This document shows positions 29,576-39,485 of a stretch of 64,000 nt of DNA, piece after piece. This stretch comes from Vulcanimicrobiota bacterium (GTDB taxonomy: Bacteria; Vulcanimicrobiota; Vulcanimicrobiia; Vulcanimicrobiales; Vulcanimicrobiaceae), in the NCBI GenBank assembly GCA_963812155.1, contig CAWETW010000003.1, positions 1,088,001 to 1,152,000 of the forward strand, written 5' to 3'. A model generated the notes under the pieces. That model was not told where the DNA came from, made no database searches, and saw only the letters and a program-made list of their open reading frames with translations. Each line of letters opens with the position of its first letter. Positions within the stretch are counted from its first letter, which is position 1. Position numbers and translations under genes: made by a program.

Positions 29576-30328
29576 ATGCTGAAAACTATCATCGTTCTCG
29601 CCGCCGGGGTACTTCTCGGGCTGGCACCAGGCATGCCGAAATCGTGCGTCGGCTGCTCGTTTGCCGGACGCAATCTCGCCGGTGCCGATCTAGCCGGCGT
29701 CGCGTACGTGGGAACCGATTTCGGGCGTGCCGATTTGCGGAACGCGAATTTGCAGCGTGCGTCGCTCGCAGGCGCCGATTTCGCACGTGCCGATTTACGC
29801 GGCGCCGATTTTCGCGGCGCGCATCTGTCCGGCGTCGACTTTCGCGGCGCGCGGGTCGCAGGTGCCCGTTTCGACGGCGCCGAGATGGCGGGCGTTGATT
29901 TACGCGACACCTTCGGCGGTATCGGCGACGCCGACATCAGAAGCATGTTGAGCAACTGCGTCGGCTGCGACCTAAACGGCGCAACGCTGACCAATCGCGA
30001 CGTGCACGGCATCGCGATCGTCGGCAGCGATCTTCGCAACGCACGTGCCGCGGGCGCCTCTTTTAACGGGGCCGATCTGCAAGGCGTCGATTTTGCCGCC
30101 GCCGATTTGCAGCGCGCGAACTTTCGCGGTGCGAAACTCTGTACGCACGGCGGTAACAACGGCGACCGCATTCAGTGCGCGGATTTCCGCGACGCCAACG
30201 TTGCCGGCGCCGATTTTCGCGGAACGCTGCTGTGCACGGGACGCTCGCCGAACACCTGCACGCCGGTGGATGCCACGACGCTGCGCGCGCACGCGCGCTC
30301 GTCGCTAAGTGGAGCGACGTTGCCGTGA
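29576..30328 (+). CDS. Secreted pentapeptide-repeat protein
   Basis: AGGAG RBS, signal peptide, two CVGC motifs, ADLRG/ADFRG repeats. Confidence 0.88.
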   Translation: MLKTIIVLAAGVLLGLAPGMPKSCVGCSFAGRNLAGADLAGVAYVGTDFGRADLRNANLQRASLAGADFARADLRGADFRGAHLSGVDFRGARVAGARFDGAEMAGVDLRDTFGGIGDADIRSMLSNCVGCDLNGATLTNRDVHGIAIVGSDLRNARAAGASFNGADLQGVDFAAADLQRANFRGAKLCTHGGNNGDRIQCADFRDANVAGADFRGTLLCTGRSPNTCTPVDATTLRAHARSSLSGATLP

Positions 30329-32457
30329 AGCGACTCGCCCCGGCGATCCTCGCGAGCCTCTTTGCGCTCACGCAGGCGCCGGCGGCAGCATTGAGCGGCT
30401 ATCCGCACATTGTCGTACCAAACTTCACGCCGCCGTTGAGTCCCTCGGGGGCACCGGCCGAGTGGCAAAAGGCTGCGTCGGTGAAGCTCGGGTGGAACGT
30501 GCCGGCAGAGCGGCCGGCGCACGAAGCGACGGCGGCGGCGATTTCGACCGACGGCACCGCGCTCTTCGTGCGCTTCGACGCGACGCAGCAAGAGCCGATT
30601 GCGGCCGCGCAGCACTCGAACAACGTTGGGCAGGGCAGCGACGACGCCGTCTGGATCGATCTGTGGCCCAACGGCAGCAGCGGATTTTTCTATCAGTTTC
30701 AAGCGACGCCCAACGGGACCCACTACCAGACGTCGTCGGAGAATACGAGTTACTCGCCGAGCTGGGAATCACTGGGGTCGGTGCACGACGGCGGCTATAC
30801 CGTGACGATGCGGATTCCCCTCGACATCATGCGCGGCATCGCCGCGTCGCATCCATGGAAAGTGCAGTTCGTGCGGTTCGTGCACGCGACCGGCGAGCAA
30901 GACGTGTGGTCGTACGACACGACGCAAAACAGTCCCGACGACGTCGGGCGCGCGGGGACGATGACGATGCCGCTGGTGAACGTGCGGCCGTCGCGGCCGA
31001 AGCCGCGCATCGCGACCTACGCGCTGGCCGAGGCGGCCTCGAAGACGATCGGCGGATCGACCAGCCGCGTGGGTGCGGATCTTTCGATTCCGATCACGCC
31101 GACGGCGGCGTTCGTCGCGACCTTCCATCCGGATTACTCCAACGTGGAACTCGATCAGCAGTCGATTTCCCCGACCGTGTTCGCGCGCTACCAGGCGGAA
31201 GTCCGCCCGTTCTTCACGCAGGGCGCGAATTTCTACGGACAGTTTAACTGCGACGCGTGCCCGAACATTCAGGAGTTGTACACGCCGGCGATTCCGACGC
31301 CGCGCGAAGGCTATGCCGTGGAAGGGAAGCAGGGGCCGTTCTCGTTTGCGACCTTCGATGCCCTGGGCGACGACGGCCGCAGCGACATCGCGAGCGCAGT
31401 CAACTATGCGTCGCCGGATCAGCGCTGGTATCTGACGACGCAGCGCGTTCAAGTGAATACCGTGGATTTCATCGACAGCGTGATCACGACCGGCATCGCC
31501 TACTCCGACCTCAAACACATCTCGGCGTACTTCAACTACGGCAGCGACTCCGGCACGAACGTGCTCGTGCCCGACCAGGCGCAGCGTTACGATTTCGGCG
31601 GCGGATGGGCGAACCCGACTTTCGGCTTCTTCGGATCGGTGCGCAAACTCGGCGAATACTACGACCCGGCCGACGGCTTCATCTCACACCCCGGCATCGC
31701 CGGCTACGCACTGTATTCGGCAAAAATCTGGACGTTCGCGCCGAACGACAAGCTGGATGCCGTCGGCGTCGCCGGGTTTGTGGACCGCTACCAGGGGCCG
31801 ACCCAAGGCCAAGCACAGAGCGACAACTCGCTGCTCCTCGACATACTTACCAAAAGCGCGCTCGACTTTCAGATTTTCTCCGGATCGGCCTACTGGCGCT
31901 TCAACGACTCGGTAACGGGGGTCGGCCCGCTGGAGCCGATCTCGCAGAACGCGGGCTTCGCGTTCACCTACCACAGCGGACTGCAGACAAATAATCCCGG
32001 CAACTTTCCGTATCACGGCCCGTCGCCGTACCCGACGAGCATCAGTTACAACACCGGACAGTACGGCAGCGACGGCGGCAAACTCGACACGTGGTTTCGG
32101 TCGTCGACGATGCGCGTCGGGAATCGCGGTGCGCTGACGCTTGCGCTCGACGACACGGCGCAGTGGTTTCCCAATGCCGCTGCGAACATTCAGTGGTTCG
32201 AAAGCGCGAGCTATTCGTATCAGATTACGGCGAACTCGTCGTTTGGGATCGGCGTGCGGCGCGTGGTCGGCTATCCCCCGCAGCCCAACGGCGGCGGCGA
32301 TTGTTTGGGCACCTGTTCGAACATCAGCGTTGCTTATCACCTGCTGACGCGGCACGCCGAGTTCTACGTAGCGTACGGAAATCCAAACGCGCTCGTGACG
32401 GTGCCGCAGGCGATTTTCAAAGTGATTTTCTATGCCGGCGCTGAGAAAGGGACGTAA
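30325..32457 (+). CDS. CBM9-like domain plus DUF5916-like probable outer-membrane protein
   Basis: GTGA overlap; signal peptide; LFVRFDA.Q, DD.VWIDL, GYTVTMRIP, TFHPDYSNVELDQ, EVRPFF; aromatic/Gly-rich beta-strand C-terminus. Confidence 0.75.
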   Translation: MKRLAPAILASLFALTQAPAAALSGYPHIVVPNFTPPLSPSGAPAEWQKAASVKLGWNVPAERPAHEATAAAISTDGTALFVRFDATQQEPIAAAQHSNNVGQGSDDAVWIDLWPNGSSGFFYQFQATPNGTHYQTSSENTSYSPSWESLGSVHDGGYTVTMRIPLDIMRGIAASHPWKVQFVRFVHATGEQDVWSYDTTQNSPDDVGRAGTMTMPLVNVRPSRPKPRIATYALAEAASKTIGGSTSRVGADLSIPITPTAAFVATFHPDYSNVELDQQSISPTVFARYQAEVRPFFTQGANFYGQFNCDACPNIQELYTPAIPTPREGYAVEGKQGPFSFATFDALGDDGRSDIASAVNYASPDQRWYLTTQRVQVNTVDFIDSVITTGIAYSDLKHISAYFNYGSDSGTNVLVPDQAQRYDFGGGWANPTFGFFGSVRKLGEYYDPADGFISHPGIAGYALYSAKIWTFAPNDKLDAVGVAGFVDRYQGPTQGQAQSDNSLLLDILTKSALDFQIFSGSAYWRFNDSVTGVGPLEPISQNAGFAFTYHSGLQTNNPGNFPYHGPSPYPTSISYNTGQYGSDGGKLDTWFRSSTMRVGNRGALTLALDDTAQWFPNAAANIQWFESASYSYQITANSSFGIGVRRVVGYPPQPNGGGDCLGTCSNISVAYHLLTRHAEFYVAYGNPNALVTVPQAIFKVIFYAGAEKGT

Positions 32458-32607
32458 CGTGCCGCTATTGTGGCAGCGTTACGTGACAGCGATGTGGCAG
32501 CGTGTCGTGTCAACGACTTGGCACATGAAACTCGCCTACGTTCGGCGCGTACATGGCGTAGTTTTCCCTTGCGTGACCATGGGGCAACTCGCAACCATCA
32601 ATAGGAG

Positions 32608-33255
32608 ATGATTATCGTGAAACCCATCATGACGTTCGCACTTGCCGGGCTGTTGCTGGCGGCTGGTGCACTTCCGGCTTCGGCCGCGTCGGCTATTTCG
32701 GTGCCGACGACGCATACCGCGCCGTCGGTCGATCCGCGCGCCGACGACGCAAACTTCCAGCCCGCGGCGGTCGCGCAGTTGGGATGGAATAGCACGCAAT
32801 CGCGCGACGCCGACGAACAAACCGTCGCACGCGTGTCGACCGACGGGACGTACCTTTACGTGCGCTTCGATGCGGCGCAGCAAGAGCGCATCAACTCGTC
32901 TGCGGTGACCGGCGCAAAGAGCGACGGGGATCTCGTGTGGATCGACCTGCAGCCTGGTGGCGCATCGGGAACCTCGTATCGCTTCGCCTCGACGCCGGAC
33001 GGCTCGAGCGGCGCTACGGCGTCGACCGGCACCACCCCGGCCTTTCAAGCCTCGGGCGCGACCTACGACGGCGGCTATACCGTGACGATGAAGATTCCGA
33101 TTGCGAGCTTACAGGGCGCGCAGAGCGGCTCCTGGAGCGCGCAGTTCGGGCGTGCGGTGAAGGCAAGCGGACAGCAGTTCGTTTGGTCGCACGACGGCAA
33201 CGTGGCCGACTCGGGCACCATGACCATGACCGCGTCGGTCGGCCTCACGCCGTAG
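32608..33255 (+). CDS. Stand-alone secreted CBM9-like domain, paralog of the N-terminus of 30325..32457
   Basis: AGGAG RBS; shares STDGT.L.VRFDA.QQE.I, VWIDL.P.G.SG..Y.F..TP.G and DGGYTVTM.IP. Confidence 0.8.
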   Translation: MIIVKPIMTFALAGLLLAAGALPASAASAISVPTTHTAPSVDPRADDANFQPAAVAQLGWNSTQSRDADEQTVARVSTDGTYLYVRFDAAQQERINSSAVTGAKSDGDLVWIDLQPGGASGTSYRFASTPDGSSGATASTGTTPAFQASGATYDGGYTVTMKIPIASLQGAQSGSWSAQFGRAVKASGQQFVWSHDGNVADSGTMTMTASVGLTP

Positions 33256-33321
33256 CATACTTCGCCGATACGGCGGAAAGAGGCGTAACAAGCAGGCCAT
33301 TTCGGGCGTTGGGGGAGTAGT

Positions 33322-34239
33322 ATGGGATCGATGCACAAGGCAGTCCCCGTGGCGCTGATCCTGGCAATCGCCGCGATCGCGCAAGCTCCCCCAACCTCGG
33401 CGGCCGGCACGTCGCCGACGCCGTCACCGCACAGCGGTACTCCGCCGCCACAGATCTATCACATCATCACGCGGCCGCTCTGTTCCGAACTGCACAAGCA
33501 CATCGCGCCGGCGATCGGCATGATGCTGCAGAACGATCAGAGCATCAAGAAAGGGCCGCCGCTTTTTTCGCAATACAACCGCGGCGCGCTCAGCGGCGTC
33601 GATAACTCTGCGAGCAACAATGCGGGGATGCCGGGCGGCGTGACGATGACGGGCGAGTCGGGAGGGAGCAACATGACCGCCAGCCAGAACATGGCGCTGC
33701 TCGGCATGGAGAACCTCGTCAGCCCGATCGCCAACAACATCATCGCGACGCAGAAGGTGCTCGACTCACCGGCACTCACGCAAGGCACCGGCAATGCCGC
33801 AGACGACAAGCAGCTGCAAGACATCCGCGCACAACTGCTCAAGGCGCTTGCGACGCAGCAGGCGTCGCTCGACATCATCGGTGGTTTTGTCGCGACGCAA
33901 CAAATGGGTGATCTGCAGCACGCCGGTCAAGAGTACATCAGCGCGCTGAACCAGCCGGAGCAAACCGGAGGCAGAAGCAGCTCGGCGACGCCGTCGCCCA
34001 ACCCGCTGCTGGTCGATCAGAATCAAGCGGGTTTGCCGGCGAATCCCTACGATCTCAATCTCGCCGCGATCCCCGGCTTAACGCTCGGTTACAATCCCGT
34101 CACGCGGCTGCTCGAGGCGCTGCATTGGACGATTCAAGAAACCACGACCCGCGAAAACGACGCGGCCAAGGCCGTGATGAATAGCGCCGCCGCGTGCTCG
34201 GCCGCGGCACCCAAACCGGTTTCGACGGCAAAGCCCTAG
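33322..34239 (+). CDS. Secreted hypothetical protein (mostly helical)
   Basis: GGAG RBS, signal peptide, long ORF with host-like codon use. Confidence 0.7.
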   Translation: MGSMHKAVPVALILAIAAIAQAPPTSAAGTSPTPSPHSGTPPPQIYHIITRPLCSELHKHIAPAIGMMLQNDQSIKKGPPLFSQYNRGALSGVDNSASNNAGMPGGVTMTGESGGSNMTASQNMALLGMENLVSPIANNIIATQKVLDSPALTQGTGNAADDKQLQDIRAQLLKALATQQASLDIIGGFVATQQMGDLQHAGQEYISALNQPEQTGGRSSSATPSPNPLLVDQNQAGLPANPYDLNLAAIPGLTLGYNPVTRLLEALHWTIQETTTRENDAAKAVMNSAAACSAAAPKPVSTAKP

Positions 34240-34253
34240 CGGTCTTTAGCGGA

Positions 34254-34910
34254 ATGAGCGCATCGCCGGGGCCGGACGCAGGCATGCTGGCCTTTTTACG
34301 AGCGGCAAAAGAGGACGGAATAAGCGACGATTTCGTCGTCGCGCTGTTGCGCCAAAATGGATGGTCAGAACGGCTTATCTATAGGGCTTATTCAGCCTTT
34401 TATGCCGACCGGCTGGGCTCGCCGATGCCCGTTCGCCGCCAATCTGCAGAAAATGCGCGCGACGCCTTCTATTATCTGTTGAACTTCATTACGCTCGGCT
34501 TTTGGACGGTAGCGCTGGGGCAGATATTCTATCGGTTGATAGCATACTGGATTCCGGACCCGGCTACGACGGCAGCGTATTCGGGATCTTTGCGCGACGA
34601 CATTGCCTGGCAGGTCGCTACGGTGGTCATCGCGTTTCCGGTCTTCTTGTTCGTTCATTCGCTCATCCAGCGAGAACTGCGAGGCCGGACCGATTTGTAC
34701 TATTCCGCGGTACGAAGATGGTTGACCTATTTGGCGCTCGTCATCGCCGCGATCGTCGTGCTCTCGGACGCCGTCTTCGTCATCGACGCGTTGATTCGAG
34801 GAGAGTTAACGTTGCGGTTTATTCTCGACTCCCTCGTGCTGCTCGTATTGGGCGGTGGTATCTTCGCGTATTACCTCCACACGATGGATCCTCCAACCGT
34901 TGCGCGGTGA
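34254..34910 (+). CDS. DUF5671-like membrane protein
   Basis: ARDAFYYLLNFITL, VVIAFPVFLF, RRWLTYLAL, L.GELTLRF. Confidence 0.72.
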   Translation: MSASPGPDAGMLAFLRAAKEDGISDDFVVALLRQNGWSERLIYRAYSAFYADRLGSPMPVRRQSAENARDAFYYLLNFITLGFWTVALGQIFYRLIAYWIPDPATTAAYSGSLRDDIAWQVATVVIAFPVFLFVHSLIQRELRGRTDLYYSAVRRWLTYLALVIAAIVVLSDAVFVIDALIRGELTLRFILDSLVLLVLGGGIFAYYLHTMDPPTVAR

Positions 34911-35332
34911 CGCTCAATCGCATCTTCGTTCTCACGACGATCGTGGCCGTACTCGCCGGCCTCGGCTTGGCGTTCGCGTTCCTTGGAACTCCCAGCCACC
35001 AGCGTCTCGTTTCGTTAGACGAAGAACGCGTACGAGGGCTGCAGGCGATTGCAGTCGCGCTTCACGACCATTATCGGGACGGCAGGCTCCCAAACGTACT
35101 TCCGGCGAGCGCTCCGAGGATTGACACCTCCAGGATACGAGACTTTGAATATCGTCGCATCGATGGAACCCACTACATGCTCTGCGCGACGTTTTCGACC
35201 AATGACGGCGACGACGAAGACTTTCTAGCGCAGTCGGAGGTCGTGTGGCCGCCGCATGTGTGGCGTCACGATGCCGGCCACCATTGCTACAAATTTGACG
35301 TGACCGAGTCGGAGCCTATACCGTTGCGCTGA
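34907..35332 (+). CDS. Membrane-anchored partner of the DUF5671-like protein
   Basis: GTGA overlap; TM, G.P..QR...LDE.RV..L..I, YMLCATF, WRH.AG.HCY. Confidence 0.7.
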   Translation: MTLNRIFVLTTIVAVLAGLGLAFAFLGTPSHQRLVSLDEERVRGLQAIAVALHDHYRDGRLPNVLPASAPRIDTSRIRDFEYRRIDGTHYMLCATFSTNDGDDEDFLAQSEVVWPPHVWRHDAGHHCYKFDVTESEPIPLR

Positions 35333-35376
35333 TCGCGCGGCAGGATAGCGTGATGCCTGGGAGTGAAGGCGTGGCG

Positions 35377-37110
35377 ATGCCTTTTCGACGCATTGGTTGT
35401 TCCGTTGCCGCGGTTGTGCTCTTGATGGGAGCCTCGCCGGCGCCGCAGTCTTCGCCCGGACGCGGCGACGCCGCTTTCACCGAGCTCGCGAACACCTATT
35501 ACATGGACGAGCTTAAGCGCAATCCAATTGAAGCCACGTTCGTCGGGCTGCATACCTACGACGCGCAGATGGGTGACTTTTCGGCCGCGGCCGTTGCGCG
35601 CGAACTCGACAACGATCGCGCCTATCTCGCTAAACTTCAAGCCATCGATCGTTCGCAGCTTTCGGCCGAAGTGGGCATCGACTGGCAGATCATGGAGAAT
35701 TCGCTACAAGACGATCTGCTGCTCAACGGAAAGCTCGAGCAATGGAAACATCAGCCCGATAACTATGCCCAGTCGGCAACCGGCTCGGTATTCGGAATTA
35801 TCACGCGGGACTACGCGCCGCTCTCGACGCGGGCAGCCTACGTTATCTCGCGGGAAAAACAGATTCCCACCGTGTTGGCAGCGGGCCGCGCGAACACGAC
35901 GACGGTCGACGCGACGACGCAGTTCATCGGCCAACAGGACGTCGCGGGCTCCGCGGCATTCTTCACGCAGACGGTGCCTCTCGCATTCGCCGGACTGCGA
36001 GATCCGGCGCTTTCGCGACAACTCAAGGCGGCCAACCTCACTGCGAAAAACGCAATGATCGCGTACGCAAAATGGATCAAAGGACTCAAACCCCACGGCA
36101 GCTTCGCCATCGGGGCTGACGCCTATTCGGCGCGGCTAAAATACGAAGACGGCGTCGACTTGTCGCTGTCGCAGTACTTGGCAGTCGGCGAAGCAGAACT
36201 TGCGCGCCTGCGCACTCAGTTCATTGCGACGGCGAAGCTGATCGACCCTAAGAAGACGCCGTTTGAGGTGTACCGGGACATCTCAAAGCATCACGTCGCG
36301 GCCGACCAGCTTCTCGCTGCGGCTGCCGGCGATTTAGTGCACCTGCGTGCGTTCATCATCAGCCACCATATCATCACGCTGCCTCCCGATGCGAGTATCA
36401 AGGTCGTGGAAACGCCGCCGTTCGAGCGAACGACGACGACGGCATCGTTCGACGCGCCGGGCCCATTGGAAACCGTCGCGACGCAAACGTTCTACAACGT
36501 GACGCCGGTCGATCCCACGTGGTCTGCAAAGCAGAAAGAAGAATACCTCGAAGGGCTCAGCAACTACGAACGGCCGATCATCTCTGCCCACGAGTGCTAC
36601 CCGGGTCACTTCGTCAACTACGCCATCGACAAGCACTTGGACCTGAGCCTGACGCGCAGGCTCAACTGGAACTCGGCGTTCGGCGAAGGTTGGGCACACT
36701 ACAGCGAACAGATGATGGTTGACGAAGGCTGGGGCAACGGCGATCCGCGCGTACGCCTAGCGCAACTCGACGAAGCCCTGCTTCGGGCCGCTCGTTTCAT
36801 CGTCGGCGTGAAGATGCATACGCAGGGCATGACCATCAAACAAGCTGAGGACTTCTTTGTGAATCAAGGTTTTCAGGGACGGCAAATCGGCGTCGAAGAA
36901 TCCCTGCGCGGCTCGCAAGATGCGATGTACGGATACTACACGCTCGGGAAGCTGATGATTCTCAAGTTACGCTCCGACTATCAGAAGAAAATGGGTTCGG
37001 CCTACACCTTGCAAGGATTCCACGACGCGTTGCTCGCGCACGGCGATCCACCGGTCCCGCTCCTTCGGCCGATCCTCCTCGGTGCGGACGACGACGGAAA
37101 GATTCTCTAG
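35377..37110 (+). CDS. DUF885 family protein (putative metallopeptidase)
   Basis: HECYPGH, FGEGWAHYSE, GYYTLGKL.I..LR, FHD.LL..G. Confidence 0.88.
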   Translation: MPFRRIGCSVAAVVLLMGASPAPQSSPGRGDAAFTELANTYYMDELKRNPIEATFVGLHTYDAQMGDFSAAAVARELDNDRAYLAKLQAIDRSQLSAEVGIDWQIMENSLQDDLLLNGKLEQWKHQPDNYAQSATGSVFGIITRDYAPLSTRAAYVISREKQIPTVLAAGRANTTTVDATTQFIGQQDVAGSAAFFTQTVPLAFAGLRDPALSRQLKAANLTAKNAMIAYAKWIKGLKPHGSFAIGADAYSARLKYEDGVDLSLSQYLAVGEAELARLRTQFIATAKLIDPKKTPFEVYRDISKHHVAADQLLAAAAGDLVHLRAFIISHHIITLPPDASIKVVETPPFERTTTTASFDAPGPLETVATQTFYNVTPVDPTWSAKQKEEYLEGLSNYERPIISAHECYPGHFVNYAIDKHLDLSLTRRLNWNSAFGEGWAHYSEQMMVDEGWGNGDPRVRLAQLDEALLRAARFIVGVKMHTQGMTIKQAEDFFVNQGFQGRQIGVEESLRGSQDAMYGYYTLGKLMILKLRSDYQKKMGSAYTLQGFHDALLAHGDPPVPLLRPILLGADDDGKIL

Positions 37111-37130
37111 CGTCGATCGACCGTGTCACG

Positions 37131-37340
37131 TTAGCGCGGGCGTCCGAAGAACACGGCGTACCCGTCGGGATCCGTAATTTCAAATCCGCGAAGATCATCG
37201 TGCGTATCACCGAGCGGTGCGCTCACGGTTGCTTCGCGCGCGAGGATCTCCTGGTACAATCCATCCGGGTCTTCGGAATAGACAAACGCGTCCCAGCGCG
37301 TCCAAGGCATACGTTTGCTATTCGGTAGGGGCAGATGGGT
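37131..37340 (-). pseudogene. 5'-truncated VOC/glyoxalase family gene (not in the ORF track)
   Basis: My translation: PLPNSKRMPWTRWDAFVYSEDPDGLY.EI..R...SAPL.DTHDDLRGFEITDPDGYAVFFGRPR*; in-frame stop upstream at ~37369. Confidence 0.7.
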
Positions 37341-37441
37341 TTGAAGGGATGCGGCGGGTGGCCAAAATCAAATGCAGCGGAAGATGTGTCTACCCCGCGC
37401 GCGCCCGGAACCTTCAAAACAGCCTGCACGAACGAGGGTTG

Positions 37442-38446
37442 GTGCGCGTAGATACGAAATTAACGTATGCTATTCGATACGAACTCGCGGCCATGCTCAG
37501 CACTATCGCCTTCGTGGCGGTTCTTTCGGGCTGCGGCTTTACCGGCGACGTGTCGCATCCGGCCGCCGCGCCGGCGCGATCGTGGATGACGTCCGGCGCG
37601 CAGAAAGAGCCGAGTCTCCTGTACGTCTCCAACTGGGGGACGGCGGCCGTCACCATCTACACCTACCTCAACGGCGGCGGGCTGGTGCTCGTCGGCCAGC
37701 TGACCGGGTTCGTTCAGCCGGCGGGCATGTGCGCCGACAAGGCGGGCAACGTCTGGATTACCGACTACGGAACCGGTGTTAAGACGCTGTACGAATACGC
37801 GCACGGCGGCACGAGTCCGATCAGAATTCTCCGACAACAGAACGGCAAGCCGTACGATTGTTCCGTCGACTTGAATACCGGTGATCTCGCGGTTGCGAAC
37901 GAGTTGCCCGAAGGTAAACTGACGTTCGCAAATGTCACCGTCTACCCGCCGGGGGCTCATCAAGGCATTCACTATGCGCCGCCCTACGGTTTCCAACGGG
38001 TGGATTTCCTCGCGTATGACGATAAGAGTAACCTTTACGTTGACGGCCTCGAACTGTACTACAACGTCAGGAAACTCTTCGAGCTCCACAAGGGTGGGAC
38101 TAAGCTTAGGCGGCTCGCCCTGAGAGGCGCGAATCTCGAAGAGCCGGGTGCTATCCAGTGGGTGAATCCAACATTGCTCATCGGCGACAACAACTTGGGA
38201 AATCAAGGAGTAGCGGGCGCTTATAAAGTCTTGGTCTCAAAGACGGTCGCGACGGTGGTCGGGAAGCTTTCCTACCAGGAAACGCAAGCGGCCGGGGCGT
38301 TCTGGCGACGATCGGGGCGCATCATCGTACCGGACACCACCGGGAACATCGTACGCATTTACAACTTGTCGGACGGCTCGCTCTATTCGTCGTTCACCGC
38401 CGGCCTTTCGCAGCCGTTCGGAGCCGTGGTCAGCCAGGCGCCTTAG
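37442..38446 (+). CDS. Beta-propeller lipoprotein, SWM..LLYVSN family copy 1 (start uncertain)
   Basis: Lipobox LSGC; SWMT.GA...SLLYVSN.GT..VTIYTY..G.GL.LVG.LTGF..P.GMC.D. Confidence 0.78.
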   Translation: MRVDTKLTYAIRYELAAMLSTIAFVAVLSGCGFTGDVSHPAAAPARSWMTSGAQKEPSLLYVSNWGTAAVTIYTYLNGGGLVLVGQLTGFVQPAGMCADKAGNVWITDYGTGVKTLYEYAHGGTSPIRILRQQNGKPYDCSVDLNTGDLAVANELPEGKLTFANVTVYPPGAHQGIHYAPPYGFQRVDFLAYDDKSNLYVDGLELYYNVRKLFELHKGGTKLRRLALRGANLEEPGAIQWVNPTLLIGDNNLGNQGVAGAYKVLVSKTVATVVGKLSYQETQAAGAFWRRSGRIIVPDTTGNIVRIYNLSDGSLYSSFTAGLSQPFGAVVSQAP

Positions 38447-38545
38447 CCTCGGGTCGGTGGAAAGCGATTGCCGCAAATGCCGTCAAAGGTCGCTCCTCGT
38501 CCAGAGACGAAGGGCAGCAGAACACAGTTGCGAGGTGTCTGTGAT

Positions 38546-39430
38546 ATGAAGTACTTCCAATTCTCCGTGATTGGGCGAGTTGCCCGTCATTTGCTGGGGC
38601 TGGCAGTCGCCGTTGTGCTAGCGGCGTGCTCCTCCGGCCCACACGTCTTCCCAACACTGCAAAGCACTGCTCCCGCCGCCGGTGGACCAACCGGTGCGTT
38701 TGCACGCCAGCGGCCGATGACGGTCATTGGCTCGGGATTCAATCTTCCGCGGAGCGTCGCAGTCGACGCGAGTGGAAACGTCTTCGTCGCGGACAGCGGC
38801 AACGGCGCCATCAAGAAAGTCGCTCGCGACGGCACGATAACGACGATCGCCAGCGGCTTGAATATTCCGTGGGGCATTTCGGTCGATGCCAAGGATGACG
38901 TTTTCGTCGGCTGCACGGAAATGCTCGACGGTCCGGTGCGGATGTATCCCCCAAAGGGCCCCCTCGTTAAACTCGGCAAAGGCTTCTATCTCCCCGAAGG
39001 AGTCTTCGTCGATGCAGCGGGCGTTGTCTACGTAGCCGACACGGGAAACAACGTCGCCAAGAAAATCGTCGATGGTCAGATCACGCGAATCGGCAACGTG
39101 CTCAATTCTCCCGGCGGCATCACCGCCGATGCCGCGGGTAACGTTTACATTTCGAACACGATGTCGAACGCCGTCGAAAAAGTGACGCCGGACGGCACTG
39201 TTAAGCCCATCGGTTCGGGATTTAATCATCCCAATGGACTCGCGGTCGACGGCAAAGGCGACCTTTTTGTCGCCGATACGTCGCACAATGCGATCAAAGA
39301 AGTCGAGCCCCACGGCAAGATTCTCACGGTTGGGTCGGGGTTGAGCGGGCCTTACGGCGTCGCCGTCGCGGGCGATCGTCTCTATGTTGCGGACACGTAC
39401 CACAGTCAGATAGTCAGCTTCAAACTTTAA
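38546..39430 (+). CDS. NHL-repeat lipoprotein
   Basis: GAGG RBS, lipobox LAAC, six repeats of IGSGFN.P.G.AVD..GNVFVAD. Confidence 0.87.
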   Translation: MKYFQFSVIGRVARHLLGLAVAVVLAACSSGPHVFPTLQSTAPAAGGPTGAFARQRPMTVIGSGFNLPRSVAVDASGNVFVADSGNGAIKKVARDGTITTIASGLNIPWGISVDAKDDVFVGCTEMLDGPVRMYPPKGPLVKLGKGFYLPEGVFVDAAGVVYVADTGNNVAKKIVDGQITRIGNVLNSPGGITADAAGNVYISNTMSNAVEKVTPDGTVKPIGSGFNHPNGLAVDGKGDLFVADTSHNAIKEVEPHGKILTVGSGLSGPYGVAVAGDRLYVADTYHSQIVSFKL

Positions 39431-39485
39431 TCGTCCGGGACCGATCGCCGCGGACCGTTCGTCCGACCGTTAGGGGCCGCGCGGC

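Noticed and set aside
29576..30328. Qnr/MfpA-type quinolone resistance protein
   Set aside because: The signal peptide and CxxC caps indicate export, away from gyrase.
32518..32536. Sigma54 promoter (TGGCAC)
   Set aside because: The -12 GC is at the wrong spacing; the same holds for the TGGCAC at ~19080.
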